From an uncultured bacterium (lineage in GTDB: Bacteria > NPL-UPA2 > JAADIA01), in assembly GCA_964529935.1 (NCBI GenBank), contig CAZGXS010000001.1, positions 1-33,027 of the forward strand: a stretch of 33,027 nucleotides of DNA, given 5' to 3'. The notes under the pieces were generated by a model. That model saw only the letters and a list, made by a program, of their open reading frames with translations. It searched no databases and was not told the DNA's origin. Made by a program: the position numbers and the translations under genes. Position 1 is the stretch's first letter; every line of letters begins with the position of its first letter. Below, piece by piece: positions 1 through 8,270 of this stretch.

Positions 1-2
1 AT

Positions 3-605
3 TATATTAACTACACGGCTATATCCGGGGACGGGTGGGCCACATCGTTGTGTACCACGCCGGATTTCCAATCCGTTTCCAGGAAGGGTATTATCTTCTA
101 CCCGCCTAATAAGGATATTTGCCTCTTTCCGGAAAAAATCCAGGGGAGATACTGGGCGCTTCACCGACCCCATAATGAGGGTTTTGGCAAGCCGTCAATC
201 TGGATTTCATCATCACCTAATTTGCTTGATTGGGGAGAGCATCAGTGTCTTATTCGTCCCCGTGACAACAAATGGGAACGGATAAAGATCGGGGGAGGGG
301 CACCGCCGCTGAAGACTAATCAGGGCTGGCTGGAGGTATATCATGGCAAAGGGGACGATTCTATCTATTACTTGTTTGTGCTCCTCCTGGATTTGGAAGA
401 TCCCACCCGGGTTATCGCCAGAGGTAAAAAGCCGTTTTTAGCACCGAAAGAAGATTATGAAACTAACGGGTTTTTCCCCAATGTAGTTTTCTCCAATGGC
501 ATGGTTGAGCGTCCAAATGGAGAGGTTTACCTTTACTACGGAGCTAGCGATGAAAGCACAAATCTGGTTATCACCAGCGTTCGTGAGCTCTTGACTGATT
601 TGTAA
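3..605 (+). CDS. GH130-family glycosidase / beta-mannoside phosphorylase-like protein, 5' end outside window
   Basis: The frame is open from the window edge, so the TTG at 48 is only an ORF-caller start. The C-terminal half is paralogous to the CDSs at 1967 and 2912 (GRYWALHRP, GWLEVYHG, PKEDYE..GFFPNVVFSNG, YLYYGASD). Confidence 0.8.
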   Translation, partial: YINYTAISGDGWATSLCTTPDFQSVSRKGIIFYPPNKDICLFPEKIQGRYWALHRPHNEGFGKPSIWISSSPNLLDWGEHQCLIRPRDNKWERIKIGGGAPPLKTNQGWLEVYHGKGDDSIYYLFVLLLDLEDPTRVIARGKKPFLAPKEDYETNGFFPNVVFSNGMVERPNGEVYLYYGASDESTNLVITSVRELLTDL

Positions 606-617
606 CGGAGGTGGGAG

Positions 618-1745
618 ATGAGAATAGGAATTGTATCTACATATCCGCCCATTGAATGCGGGATAGCTACTTATACCTACTATTTGAGGGATGCTTTGGA
701 GCAAAAGGGAAACGAAGTATATATTTTTAGTCAATACGGGGCTAAGGGTGATTATGTCTTTGGCACCTATTCAGCGCAGGAGAAAAGCATCGCGGCCAAT
801 ATTTTTGAGATGGTTTCTAAAATGACTCCGGATATGCTTCATATTCAACATGAATTTGGTCTTTACGGCCACTCGTCCGGGAAACAGGTGCTGGAATTAG
901 TTTTTAAATGTCAGCGCCTATCCGGTCTCCCGGTAGTGGTAACATTTCATACCGTACAGGAGAAGTTCTTGCCTGAGCAGGAGTACATCGTTAGTTCACT
1001 GATTCAGGAAAGCAGGGCTATTATTGTTCACGAAGCCTATCATCAGAAAATACTGACGGAACATTTTGGACAAGCTGATAAAATTTATGTTATTCCCCAT
1101 GGAGTGCGTGAAGTAGAAGAAGTTCCTGAGGCGCGCCGGAAAATAGGCGTGGAAGGAAAAAAGGTTATCCTTCTCTGCGGGTATCTGCGGGAGACCAAAC
1201 GGTTTGACCGGATAGTGAAGATTTTTCCTGAGGTAGCTAAAGCTGTAGATGATGTCGTTTTAGTAGTAGCGTCAAAATCGCGTAGCGTGGATCATCCGGA
1301 ATATCAGAGGAAGTTCTATCGGATGATTGAAGAATCACCCGCAACGGACCGGATTATAGTTCTCCACGGGCAGTTTCCCCAGCCTATTTTTGATACCATC
1401 GTATCTGCGGCCGATGTAGTCCCTTTCCCTTATGAAATAGGCGGGCAAAGCGGTATTATGGCACATTGTTTTGCTTTTAGCAAACCGGTGGTTACCTCCG
1501 GACTTAGCTCTTTTCGGAGCTGGGTCGAGGCCTCGGGAGGCGGCCTGGTGGCTAATTCTGATGAGGAATTTGCCGAGCATCTCATCAAGATATTGACAGA
1601 CGATAAGTTGAGGGCGCGGCTGCGCCAAAATATTGCCAAATTTGTCAGCGAGAAAGTTTCCTGGAAAGTTGTGGCGGATCAGCATCTAAATATTTACCGG
1701 AAATATGCCTGGCAGCCCACGCCCAGGTCAAGGCATTTTGGATAA
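618..1745 (+). CDS. GT4-family (GT-B fold) glycosyltransferase
   Basis: 375 aa. The N-terminus MRIGIVSTYPP..CGIATY is typical of GT4 enzymes, and the C-terminal half carries an E-x7-E-like region (PYEIGGQSGIMAHCFAFSKPVVTS). GGAGGTGGG SD lies just upstream of ATG 618. Confidence 0.8.
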   Translation: MRIGIVSTYPPIECGIATYTYYLRDALEQKGNEVYIFSQYGAKGDYVFGTYSAQEKSIAANIFEMVSKMTPDMLHIQHEFGLYGHSSGKQVLELVFKCQRLSGLPVVVTFHTVQEKFLPEQEYIVSSLIQESRAIIVHEAYHQKILTEHFGQADKIYVIPHGVREVEEVPEARRKIGVEGKKVILLCGYLRETKRFDRIVKIFPEVAKAVDDVVLVVASKSRSVDHPEYQRKFYRMIEESPATDRIIVLHGQFPQPIFDTIVSAADVVPFPYEIGGQSGIMAHCFAFSKPVVTSGLSSFRSWVEASGGGLVANSDEEFAEHLIKILTDDKLRARLRQNIAKFVSEKVSWKVVADQHLNIYRKYAWQPTPRSRHFG

Positions 1746-1760
1746 GCAACTACTTAGGTT

Positions 1761-1950
1761 ATCCGGTTCACGGTTCACGGTTCACGGTTAAAAAACGAAC
1801 ATAATCCAACCAACTGTAAACTGTAAACTAACTGTGAACCTTTGAACTGTGAACCTTTAAGCCCTGTGAACGGTTACTAAATCATAGTGGCTTAGCTTCA
1901 CTGTTTTGTAACCTTGAACGGTGAACCCTTGAACCCTTGAACCCTTTACC
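1761..1950. repeat. Composite tandem-word array: (GGTTCAC)x3, (CTGTAAA)x2, (CTGTGAACCTTTGAA)x2, (GAACCCTT)x3
   Basis: Read directly: GGTTCAC x3 at about 1765-1785; its complement GTGAACC at about 1834, 1848 and 1921; GAACCCTT x3 at about 1923-1946. It fills the 220-nt GT4/GH130 spacer. Confidence 0.9.
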
Positions 1951-1966
1951 GAACGAAGTGAGGCAT

Positions 1967-2911
1967 ATGTTCAGAAGAAAAACGATAGCTAGAGATGTTG
2001 TACACCGCTGGGAGGGTAATCCTCTGATTAGACTTGAAGATTTAGGTTTTCAGTGTGCTGATCTGCGCTCGGCGGGGGTGGCATCCTACCAGGATAATAT
2101 CATTCTTCTCGTTACCATTGAACATCTGGCCGGGTTTCAATCCATACATCTGGCCAGGCGTGATGAGAAGGGCAGTTTTCATATTGAGAAAGAACCCTTC
2201 CTTGGCCCTCGCCGGGATCCTTTAGAGTTCGGACAGCACGAGTCACATGGGGTTATGGATGCCAGAGTAACTTTAATGGAAGGAGTTTATTATATTGTCT
2301 ATCTGGCTAGCGGTGAGCATGGTTTCCGGCTGGGACTGGCCACCACGAAAGATTTTGTCAAGGTCGAGCGCCAGGGTTTAATTTCAGAGCCGGATACGAA
2401 AGCCGGGGCACTTTTTCCTGAGAAGTTCAAGGGACGCTATGCCCGGTTAGGCCGTCCGCGGGAGGGGAATAGCATCTGGGTCAGTTATAGCCGTGACCTG
2501 GTCTACTGGGGCGATAGCGAACTTCTTTTATCGCCGAGAGCCGGCTTTTGGGATTCTTCCCGGGTGGGGGCCGGCCCCCCTCCGATGAGAATTCCTGAGG
2601 GGTGGCTGTTAATATATTATGGCGTGAAGAAGACCCAGGCTGGGCCTTTGTTCCGATTGGGGGCAGCTATCCTGGATGGAGCTGATCCTACCAGGATTAT
2701 CAGTCGGTCGAATATCCCCATCCTCTCACCGCGCGAAGATTATGAGCGGGTTGGCGACTTGAGCAATATCGTATTTTCTACGGGCGTATTGGTCAAGAAT
2801 AACCAGGAGATGGATATCATTTACAGCGGAGCCGACAGTTGCCTTTGTCTGGGAAGCACAACCGTTGAGGAAATTGTGGAAACCTGCTCTCGGAGCAAGG
2901 AGGAATTTTAA
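1967..2911 (+). CDS. GH130-family glycosidase / beta-mannoside phosphorylase-like protein
   Basis: Motifs RWEGNP, GRYARLGRP, GWLLIYYG, PREDYE..G...NIVFSTG, IIYSGADS. ATG 1967 places RWEGNP 13 aa from the N-terminus, the same spacing as the paralog at 2912. The ORF-track start at 1937 lies inside the tandem repeat. Confidence 0.85.
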   Translation: MFRRKTIARDVVHRWEGNPLIRLEDLGFQCADLRSAGVASYQDNIILLVTIEHLAGFQSIHLARRDEKGSFHIEKEPFLGPRRDPLEFGQHESHGVMDARVTLMEGVYYIVYLASGEHGFRLGLATTKDFVKVERQGLISEPDTKAGALFPEKFKGRYARLGRPREGNSIWVSYSRDLVYWGDSELLLSPRAGFWDSSRVGAGPPPMRIPEGWLLIYYGVKKTQAGPLFRLGAAILDGADPTRIISRSNIPILSPREDYERVGDLSNIVFSTGVLVKNNQEMDIIYSGADSCLCLGSTTVEEIVETCSRSKEEF

Positions 2912-3844
2912 GTGGTGTCACGACAGCCTCTAGATAAAGATTTACTGCAGCGCTGGGAGGGTAATCCGGCCATTACTATGGAGGATATTCCTTTCCGGGC
3001 CAACACGGTGTTTAATGGCACGCCCATAGTTACCGAGGAAGGGGTGTTGCTTCTGTTGAGGGTTGAGGGACAGCAGGGATACTCCATGTTTGCCCTGGCC
3101 CGAAGTCGGGATGGATTGCGCTTCCAGGTTGATGAGAAGCCGGTGATGATGCCGGAAAGAAGCGGACCTTTTGCCAAGTATGAATCTAGAGGTATAGAAG
3201 ATCCCCGGGCCACATTCATAGAAGATACTTGTTATGTAGTCTATACGGCTGTAGGCAAACGTGGCCCCCGGATTGCTCTTGCTAAAACCAAGGATTATGT
3301 TAACTACGAACGCCTGGGGCTTATTTCTGAGCCTGGGAATAAAGATGGGGTCCTTTTTCCCAGGAAGATTAAGGGCCGCTATGCCCGGCTTGACCGACCT
3401 CTAGGCGGGGGCCGCGGTAGTATCTGGATATCGTATTCACCCGACCTGCTCAATTGGGGCGATTCGGAGGTGATTATGACACCCCGGAGCGGTTATTGGG
3501 ATGATTTTCGTATTGGGGCTTCTGTACCCCCCATAGAGACTGATGAGGGCTGGTTGGAGATTTATCATGGGATTAAATTGACCTCATCCGGGGCGATTTA
3601 CCGTGTCGGAACGGTTCTGCTTGATCTTGATGACCCGGCGAGGGTTATCAAGCGCAGTTCCTCACCTATCTTATCGCCGCGTGAAAATTATGAGCGCATT
3701 GGTGATGTTCCCAATGTGTGTTTTGCCTGCGGCGCGGTAATTGATCCTGATGGCAAGATAAAAATTTACTATGGAGCGGCGGATACATCCATTTGTGTGG
3801 CCCTGGGCACGCTGGAGCAGATTCTCAGGGAGAGTTTTAATTAA
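2912..3844 (+). CDS. GH130-family glycosidase / beta-mannoside phosphorylase-like protein (tandem paralog)
   Basis: Motifs RWEGNP, GRYARLDRP, GWLEIYHG, PRENYE..GDVPNVCFACG, IYYGAADT. The GTG start sits immediately after the upstream TAA, with AAGGAGG 7 nt upstream. Confidence 0.85.
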   Translation: MVSRQPLDKDLLQRWEGNPAITMEDIPFRANTVFNGTPIVTEEGVLLLLRVEGQQGYSMFALARSRDGLRFQVDEKPVMMPERSGPFAKYESRGIEDPRATFIEDTCYVVYTAVGKRGPRIALAKTKDYVNYERLGLISEPGNKDGVLFPRKIKGRYARLDRPLGGGRGSIWISYSPDLLNWGDSEVIMTPRSGYWDDFRIGASVPPIETDEGWLEIYHGIKLTSSGAIYRVGTVLLDLDDPARVIKRSSSPILSPRENYERIGDVPNVCFACGAVIDPDGKIKIYYGAADTSICVALGTLEQILRESFN

Positions 3845-3850
3845 CTGCTC

Positions 3851-3932
3851 AGGTTATCAGGTTCACAGTTCAAAGGTTCACGGTTAGTTGGGTCATGTTC
3901 ATTTTTTAACCGTGAACCGTGAACCGCGGAAC
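3851..3932. repeat. GGTTCAC/GTGAACC hairpin element (same word family as 1761-1950)
   Basis: GGTTCACGGTTA (about 3875-3886) is perfectly complementary to TAACCGTGAACC (about 3907-3918), with a 20-nt loop. It shares the 5' boundary AGGTTATC.GGTTCAC with the array at about 1755. Confidence 0.9.
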
Positions 3933-3963
3933 TTTAAACCTAAGTAATTAACCAAGGGGTTAC

Positions 3964-5340
3964 ATGCTAACGGGAATAAAAAAAGTTCATTTCATTGGTA
4001 TTGGAGGAGCGGGAATGAATGGCCTGGCCGCAATTCTCCGGGAACAAGGCTTGGAGGTGAGCGGTTCGGATATAAAAGAAAGTCATATTACGGAACGGCT
4101 TAAGTCCCGGGGAGCGGTAATTTATTCTAGCCATAAAGAGGAGCATTTGCAAGAGGCTGACCTCGTAGTTTTTTCTTCAGCTATCCCTTCGGGCAATGCG
4201 GAGCTTAAAGCCGCCCGGAGGCGAGGGATTTCTCTTCTTTCCCGGGGAGAAATGTTAGCGAAGCTAATGAAGGAAAAAAAAGGAATTGCTGTTGCCGGCA
4301 CTCATGGAAAGACAACTACTACTTCTATGGCGGCCTTGATTCTGGAAGAAGCGGGACTATCTCCGACGATAATTATTGGCGGGGAGGTAAACGACAAAGG
4401 AGGAAATGCTCAGTTGGGTCAGGGAGAATATCTGTTAGCTGAGGCTGATGAGAGTGATGGTTCCTTCTTAAAGCTATCTCCCAAGCTGGCGGTAATCACC
4501 AATATCGAGGCAGATCATCTGGACTATTACTCCAGCCTGGAAATGGTAATCGCCGCTTTCGAGAAGTTTGTGGAGAATATTTTCCCGGGAGGTATCCTCA
4601 TTTTTTGTTCCGATTGTCCGAATGCAGGGAAGATGCGGAAGCGAATCCGGTCCGGAATAGAGATCTTAACTTATGGTTTGGGGAAAGAAGCTGACCTCAG
4701 AGTTGAGCATCTCTGCCAGGAGGAGTTAGGATCAAGATACGAGGTTTTCTACTATGGATCCCGGTTGGGGGAAGTGAGACTTCCGTTACCGGGGAAGCAT
4801 AATGTTCGCAATTCGCTGGCTGCCCTGGGGATAGGGCTGAAAGTGGGAGCGAATTTCTCCGGGATGTGCTCCTGTCTGGAAAAATTTCCCGGAGTAAAAA
4901 GAAGATTTGAAATAAAAGGAAATTTTAAAAATATTATGATAGTAGATGACTATGCTCATCATCCCACTGAGATCAGGGCTATTCTTGAGGCCGCTAGAGC
5001 TAAGAAAAGAGAAAGAATTATTACCGTATTTCAACCTCATCGTTATAGCAGAACCAAATTTATAAAAGAGGAGTTTGCTTCTGCTTTTCAGGGAACCGAT
5101 GTTTTGGTGCTCACTGAAATCTATGCAGCGGGAGAGGAACCTCTGCCGGGAGTAAGCGGTCGGGCTCTTTTTGAAGCTGTTTGGAAAAAGAGGCAAAAAG
5201 CAGTTGAGTTTATCCCTGATAAGTCTCAGATCGCTGATTATTTAATGTCTATTCTCCGGCCTGGGGATCTGGTCATTACTATGGGAGCAGGAGATATCGG
5301 AACGGTGGCTGAGGAGATAGTTGAGAAGTTGAAAAAATAG
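3964..5340 (+). CDS. murC: UDP-N-acetylmuramate--L-alanine ligase
   Basis: 458 aa. N-terminal fold GIGGAGMNGLA, Mur-ligase P-loop GTHGKTTTTSM, DHLDYY. It heads the murC-murB-ddl-ftsQAZ order. Confidence 0.95.
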   Translation: MLTGIKKVHFIGIGGAGMNGLAAILREQGLEVSGSDIKESHITERLKSRGAVIYSSHKEEHLQEADLVVFSSAIPSGNAELKAARRRGISLLSRGEMLAKLMKEKKGIAVAGTHGKTTTTSMAALILEEAGLSPTIIIGGEVNDKGGNAQLGQGEYLLAEADESDGSFLKLSPKLAVITNIEADHLDYYSSLEMVIAAFEKFVENIFPGGILIFCSDCPNAGKMRKRIRSGIEILTYGLGKEADLRVEHLCQEELGSRYEVFYYGSRLGEVRLPLPGKHNVRNSLAALGIGLKVGANFSGMCSCLEKFPGVKRRFEIKGNFKNIMIVDDYAHHPTEIRAILEAARAKKRERIITVFQPHRYSRTKFIKEEFASAFQGTDVLVLTEIYAAGEEPLPGVSGRALFEAVWKKRQKAVEFIPDKSQIADYLMSILRPGDLVITMGAGDIGTVAEEIVEKLKK

Positions 5341-5380
5341 TGAATAGTAGTTAGTGAATAGTAGTTAGTAACCATTCACT
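5339..5380. repeat. (AGTGAATAGTAGTT)x2 followed by inverted ATTCACT
   Basis: A 14-nt unit is repeated twice, starting inside the murC stop codon. AGTGAAT and ATTCACT can form a 7-bp stem. Confidence 0.85.
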
Positions 5381-5395
5381 GGTAATTGAATATCG

Positions 5396-6295
5396 ATGAA
5401 TCTGTATAAAAACATTTTCAGATTAGTGAAAGGGCGAGTGCTCTTTGATGAGCCCCTGAGTCGGCATACCTCTTTTCGTATCGGCGGTCCGGCCGATTAC
5501 TGGGTGGAGGCTGAGGATTTAGAGGATTTAAAGGGGATTGTGAAATTTGCTTCGGATAACCGTCTTCCCTGGAAAGCGCTCGGTCGGGGTGCAAATATCT
5601 TGGTCCGGGATGAAGGATTTCCCGGGATAATCGTCAGCTTAAGGGGAGATTATTTCCAGAAGCTTGAATTTCGTCAGGAGAAAGTTATTGTTGGAGCAGG
5701 AGTTCTCTTATCCCGGTTGGTTTCAGAAGTAGCTGGGCGGTGCCTGAGAGGATTAGAATTCGCTAGCGGTATTCCGGGAACATTAGGAGGAGCCGTAGCG
5801 ATGAATGCCGGGGCGCAGGGGAGCTCTTTGGCGGAAGTAGTGAGTAGAATCGAGGTTCTGAACGGAGAGAGAAAAGTTTTAACTCTAAGAAAAGAGGAGA
5901 TCGGTTTCCGCTATCGGGGAAGCAATCTAAACCCCGACCGGGTAATCTTGAAAGTGGAGATAGAGTTAAAAAGAGGGGATAAGCAAGAGAGTGAAAATTT
6001 AATGAATAAGTTTAGGGAGCGAAGAAATATGACTCAGCCTTTAGAGGAACCCAATGCCGGATGTATCTTTAAAAATCCTCCCGGGGGGATTTCAGCCGCG
6101 GAGTTGATAGAGGAAGCCGGTCTCAAAGGGACTCGTTTGGGTGATGCTCAGGTCTCTCTCCGACATGCCAACTTTATCGTCAATCGGGGGAAAGCCAGGG
6201 CTAAGGATGTCCTTATCCTGGTGGAAAAGATCCGGAAGGTCATCCGGGAGAGAAGGGGGATTGAGTTGGAATTGGAAATAGAGGTTATTGGATAG
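5396..6295 (+). CDS. murB: UDP-N-acetylenolpyruvoylglucosamine reductase
   Basis: 299 aa. FAD-binding N-terminal domain (HTSFRIGGPADY, GRGANILV), plus its position between murC and ddl. Confidence 0.93.
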   Translation: MNLYKNIFRLVKGRVLFDEPLSRHTSFRIGGPADYWVEAEDLEDLKGIVKFASDNRLPWKALGRGANILVRDEGFPGIIVSLRGDYFQKLEFRQEKVIVGAGVLLSRLVSEVAGRCLRGLEFASGIPGTLGGAVAMNAGAQGSSLAEVVSRIEVLNGERKVLTLRKEEIGFRYRGSNLNPDRVILKVEIELKRGDKQESENLMNKFRERRNMTQPLEEPNAGCIFKNPPGGISAAELIEEAGLKGTRLGDAQVSLRHANFIVNRGKARAKDVLILVEKIRKVIRERRGIELELEIEVIG

Positions 6296-6299
6296 CGAT

Positions 6300-6344
6300 T
6301 TAGTGAATAGTGAATGGTGAATAGTGAATGGTGAATAGTGAATG
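6300..6344. repeat. (GTGAATR)x6, equivalent to (GTGAATAGTGAATG)x3
   Basis: Six perfect heptamers alternating A/G at about 6303-6344. The last unit contains the ddl GTG start codon. Confidence 0.95.
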
Positions 6345-7354
6345 AAGTAATCCGGGATGCGAAAATAGCCGTCTTGATGGGAGGACCATCCAGTGAGAGG
6401 GATATTTCCCTGAAGTCGGGGAAGGCGGTGGAGGAAGCTCTCCAAAAAGTCGGTTTAAAGGTTGTGCCTATTGTTGTGGATGAAGATATGGAGGAAAGAT
6501 TAAAGGAAGAGAGGGTAGGGGTAGCTTTTATTGCCCTTCACGGAAGGTTCGGTGAAGATGGCACTGTCCAGGAGATACTGGAACGATTAAGTATTGCCTA
6601 TACAGGCTCAGGAGTAGAAGCCAGTAGAATAGCTTTTGATAAGGCGGTTTCCAAGAAAATTTTCCTCAAGGAAGATATAGCTACTCCCGCTTTTTATGTT
6701 TTGGAAAAGGGGGATAAGAAAGAGAAGATGGTCTCTCAGTTTCCTTTCCATCCAGTTATAAGAAATCCGCTCGTTGTTAAACCGGCCCGGGAGGGTTCTA
6801 CCCTAGGTGTATCCATTATTAGAGGGGAAGAAGAATATTTAACTGCCCTTGACAGAGCTTTTCAGTATGATAGGAAAATATTGGTAGAAGAGTATCTAGA
6901 TGGTCGGGAAGTCACCGTGGGCATCTTAAATGGTTCTCCTCTGCCGGTTATCGAGATCCTTCCCCAGAGAGAATTTTTCGATTTCCAGGCCAAGTATACG
7001 GAGGGTTTAACTAATTTTAAGGTTCCTGCTCCTCTACCCCCGGATATTTACGAGGAGACTCAGGCTCTGGCTCTTCAGGCTCACCGGGCGCTGGATTGTC
7101 AAGGTATGTCCCGGGTAGATATAAAAGTGAATAGCTCCGGAAAACCCTATGTCCTGGAGGTGAATACTATCCCCGGAATGACTTCCTTAAGCCTCTTGCC
7201 GAGGGCAGCCCGGGCAGCGGGGATAAGTTTCCCGCAGTTATGTTGTAAATTAATTGAAATTGCCTTAAGAGATAAGGCACAGAGGCACAAAGGCACAGAG
7301 GCACAAAGGAAGAAAAGGCACAAAGGGAAAAAGGCACAAAGGGGAAAACAATAG
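6338..7354 (+). CDS. ddl: D-alanine--D-alanine ligase with repeat-encoded basic C-terminal tail
   Basis: ATP-grasp enzyme: KIAVLMGGPSSERDISLKSG, HGRFGEDGTVQ, EVNTIPGMT. GTG 6338 is the only start upstream of the conserved N-terminus (in-frame TGA at 6332-6334). The last ~26 aa are translated from AGGCACAR repeats. Confidence 0.93.
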   Translation: MNEVIRDAKIAVLMGGPSSERDISLKSGKAVEEALQKVGLKVVPIVVDEDMEERLKEERVGVAFIALHGRFGEDGTVQEILERLSIAYTGSGVEASRIAFDKAVSKKIFLKEDIATPAFYVLEKGDKKEKMVSQFPFHPVIRNPLVVKPAREGSTLGVSIIRGEEEYLTALDRAFQYDRKILVEEYLDGREVTVGILNGSPLPVIEILPQREFFDFQAKYTEGLTNFKVPAPLPPDIYEETQALALQAHRALDCQGMSRVDIKVNSSGKPYVLEVNTIPGMTSLSLLPRAARAAGISFPQLCCKLIEIALRDKAQRHKGTEAQRKKRHKGKKAQRGKQ

Positions 7355-7418
7355 CCAATACTTACAGTTTTTTAAGTTTTTTAACTCTGTGCCTCTGTGC
7401 CTAATTTGCATGTGCCTT
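7271..7418. repeat. AGGCACAR hairpin element, full copy 1
   Basis: (AGGCACAR)x4 plus two spaced AAGGCACAAAGG units at about 7275-7342. Loop core AATACTTACAGTTTTTTAAGTTTTTTAACT. Inverted arm CTCTGTGCCTCTGTGCCT (about 7385-7402) plus TGTGCCTT. Confidence 0.9.
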
Positions 7419-7443
7419 CTCGCACCGGAGGTGCGTTAGTTTA

Positions 7444-8259
7444 ATGTCCAAAAGCAGGATTAAAAAAAATACTAGCATTAAGCAGAGAGAGAGAGTCAAA
7501 AGAAGAAAAAAGGCAAAAGCGAAGAAGGTTCTCAAAGGGATAGGAAAATTATCTCTGGTCTTTCTGATGGTAGCTGTGGTGGCGGTGGCTGGAAAAAAAG
7601 TAGAGGATTTCCTGCTTACTTCTCCTCATTTTCGTATAAGTGAGGTGAATTTTGAGGGGCTTAATTCTCTGGAAAGGAAGACATTGGAGAGTTTAGCTAA
7701 GATCGAGTTGGGAAAGAATATATTCCAGGTTGATCTGGGGGAAATCAGGAGACGTTTACAAAGCCATCCTCAGGTAAGGGAGGCTATTATCTCCCGACAA
7801 TTTCCCCGGCGGGTAGAAGTGAAAGTTAAGGAGAGAGAAGCTGTGGCTCTTGTTCAGGATGAGGGCCAGGTATATCCGCTGGACAAGGAAGGATTCATTT
7901 TGCCCGAGGGTTCCCTTTCCCGGCCTCTTCCTCTGATTAGGGGTCTTGGCCGGAGAGGAATAAAAGTGGGAGAGAGGCTGGAGGGGACAAAATTAGTCAT
8001 AGTCCTGGAGATCTTAGAGATTTTTTCCTCATTTGGTTTACCCATTTCCAGGATAGATCTGGAAGAGCCGGGTCTCCTTGTCAGGATAGGAGAAGTAAAA
8101 GTATTTTTAGGAAAAGAAAGCGAGAGAGAAAGGCAAGTGAAGGAACTGAAGGCTATCTTGAACGATCTCAAAGAAAGGCAGGAGAAAGCGGAATACATAG
8201 ATTTGCGATTTCACAACCCTGTGGTTAAACTTCGACAGGAAAATATAAATCTCAGGTGA
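7444..8259 (+). CDS. ftsQ: Cell division protein FtsQ (POTRA domain)
   Basis: 271 aa. Basic N-terminus, a single TM segment (LSLVFLMVAVVAVAG), then a POTRA-like region. Located between ddl and ftsA, with GGAGG 11 nt upstream. Confidence 0.85.
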   Translation: MSKSRIKKNTSIKQRERVKRRKKAKAKKVLKGIGKLSLVFLMVAVVAVAGKKVEDFLLTSPHFRISEVNFEGLNSLERKTLESLAKIELGKNIFQVDLGEIRRRLQSHPQVREAIISRQFPRRVEVKVKEREAVALVQDEGQVYPLDKEGFILPEGSLSRPLPLIRGLGRRGIKVGERLEGTKLVIVLEILEIFSSFGLPISRIDLEEPGLLVRIGEVKVFLGKESERERQVKELKAILNDLKERQEKAEYIDLRFHNPVVKLRQENINLR

Positions 8260-8270
8260 ACATAGATGGA

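Noticed and set aside
6300-6344. Whether the tandem arrays (here and at 1765, 7275, 9678, 17111 and other sites) could be CRISPR arrays
   Set aside because: The units are 7-15 nt and directly abutting, with no unique spacers. No cas genes are present. The arrays are far too short-period for CRISPR.
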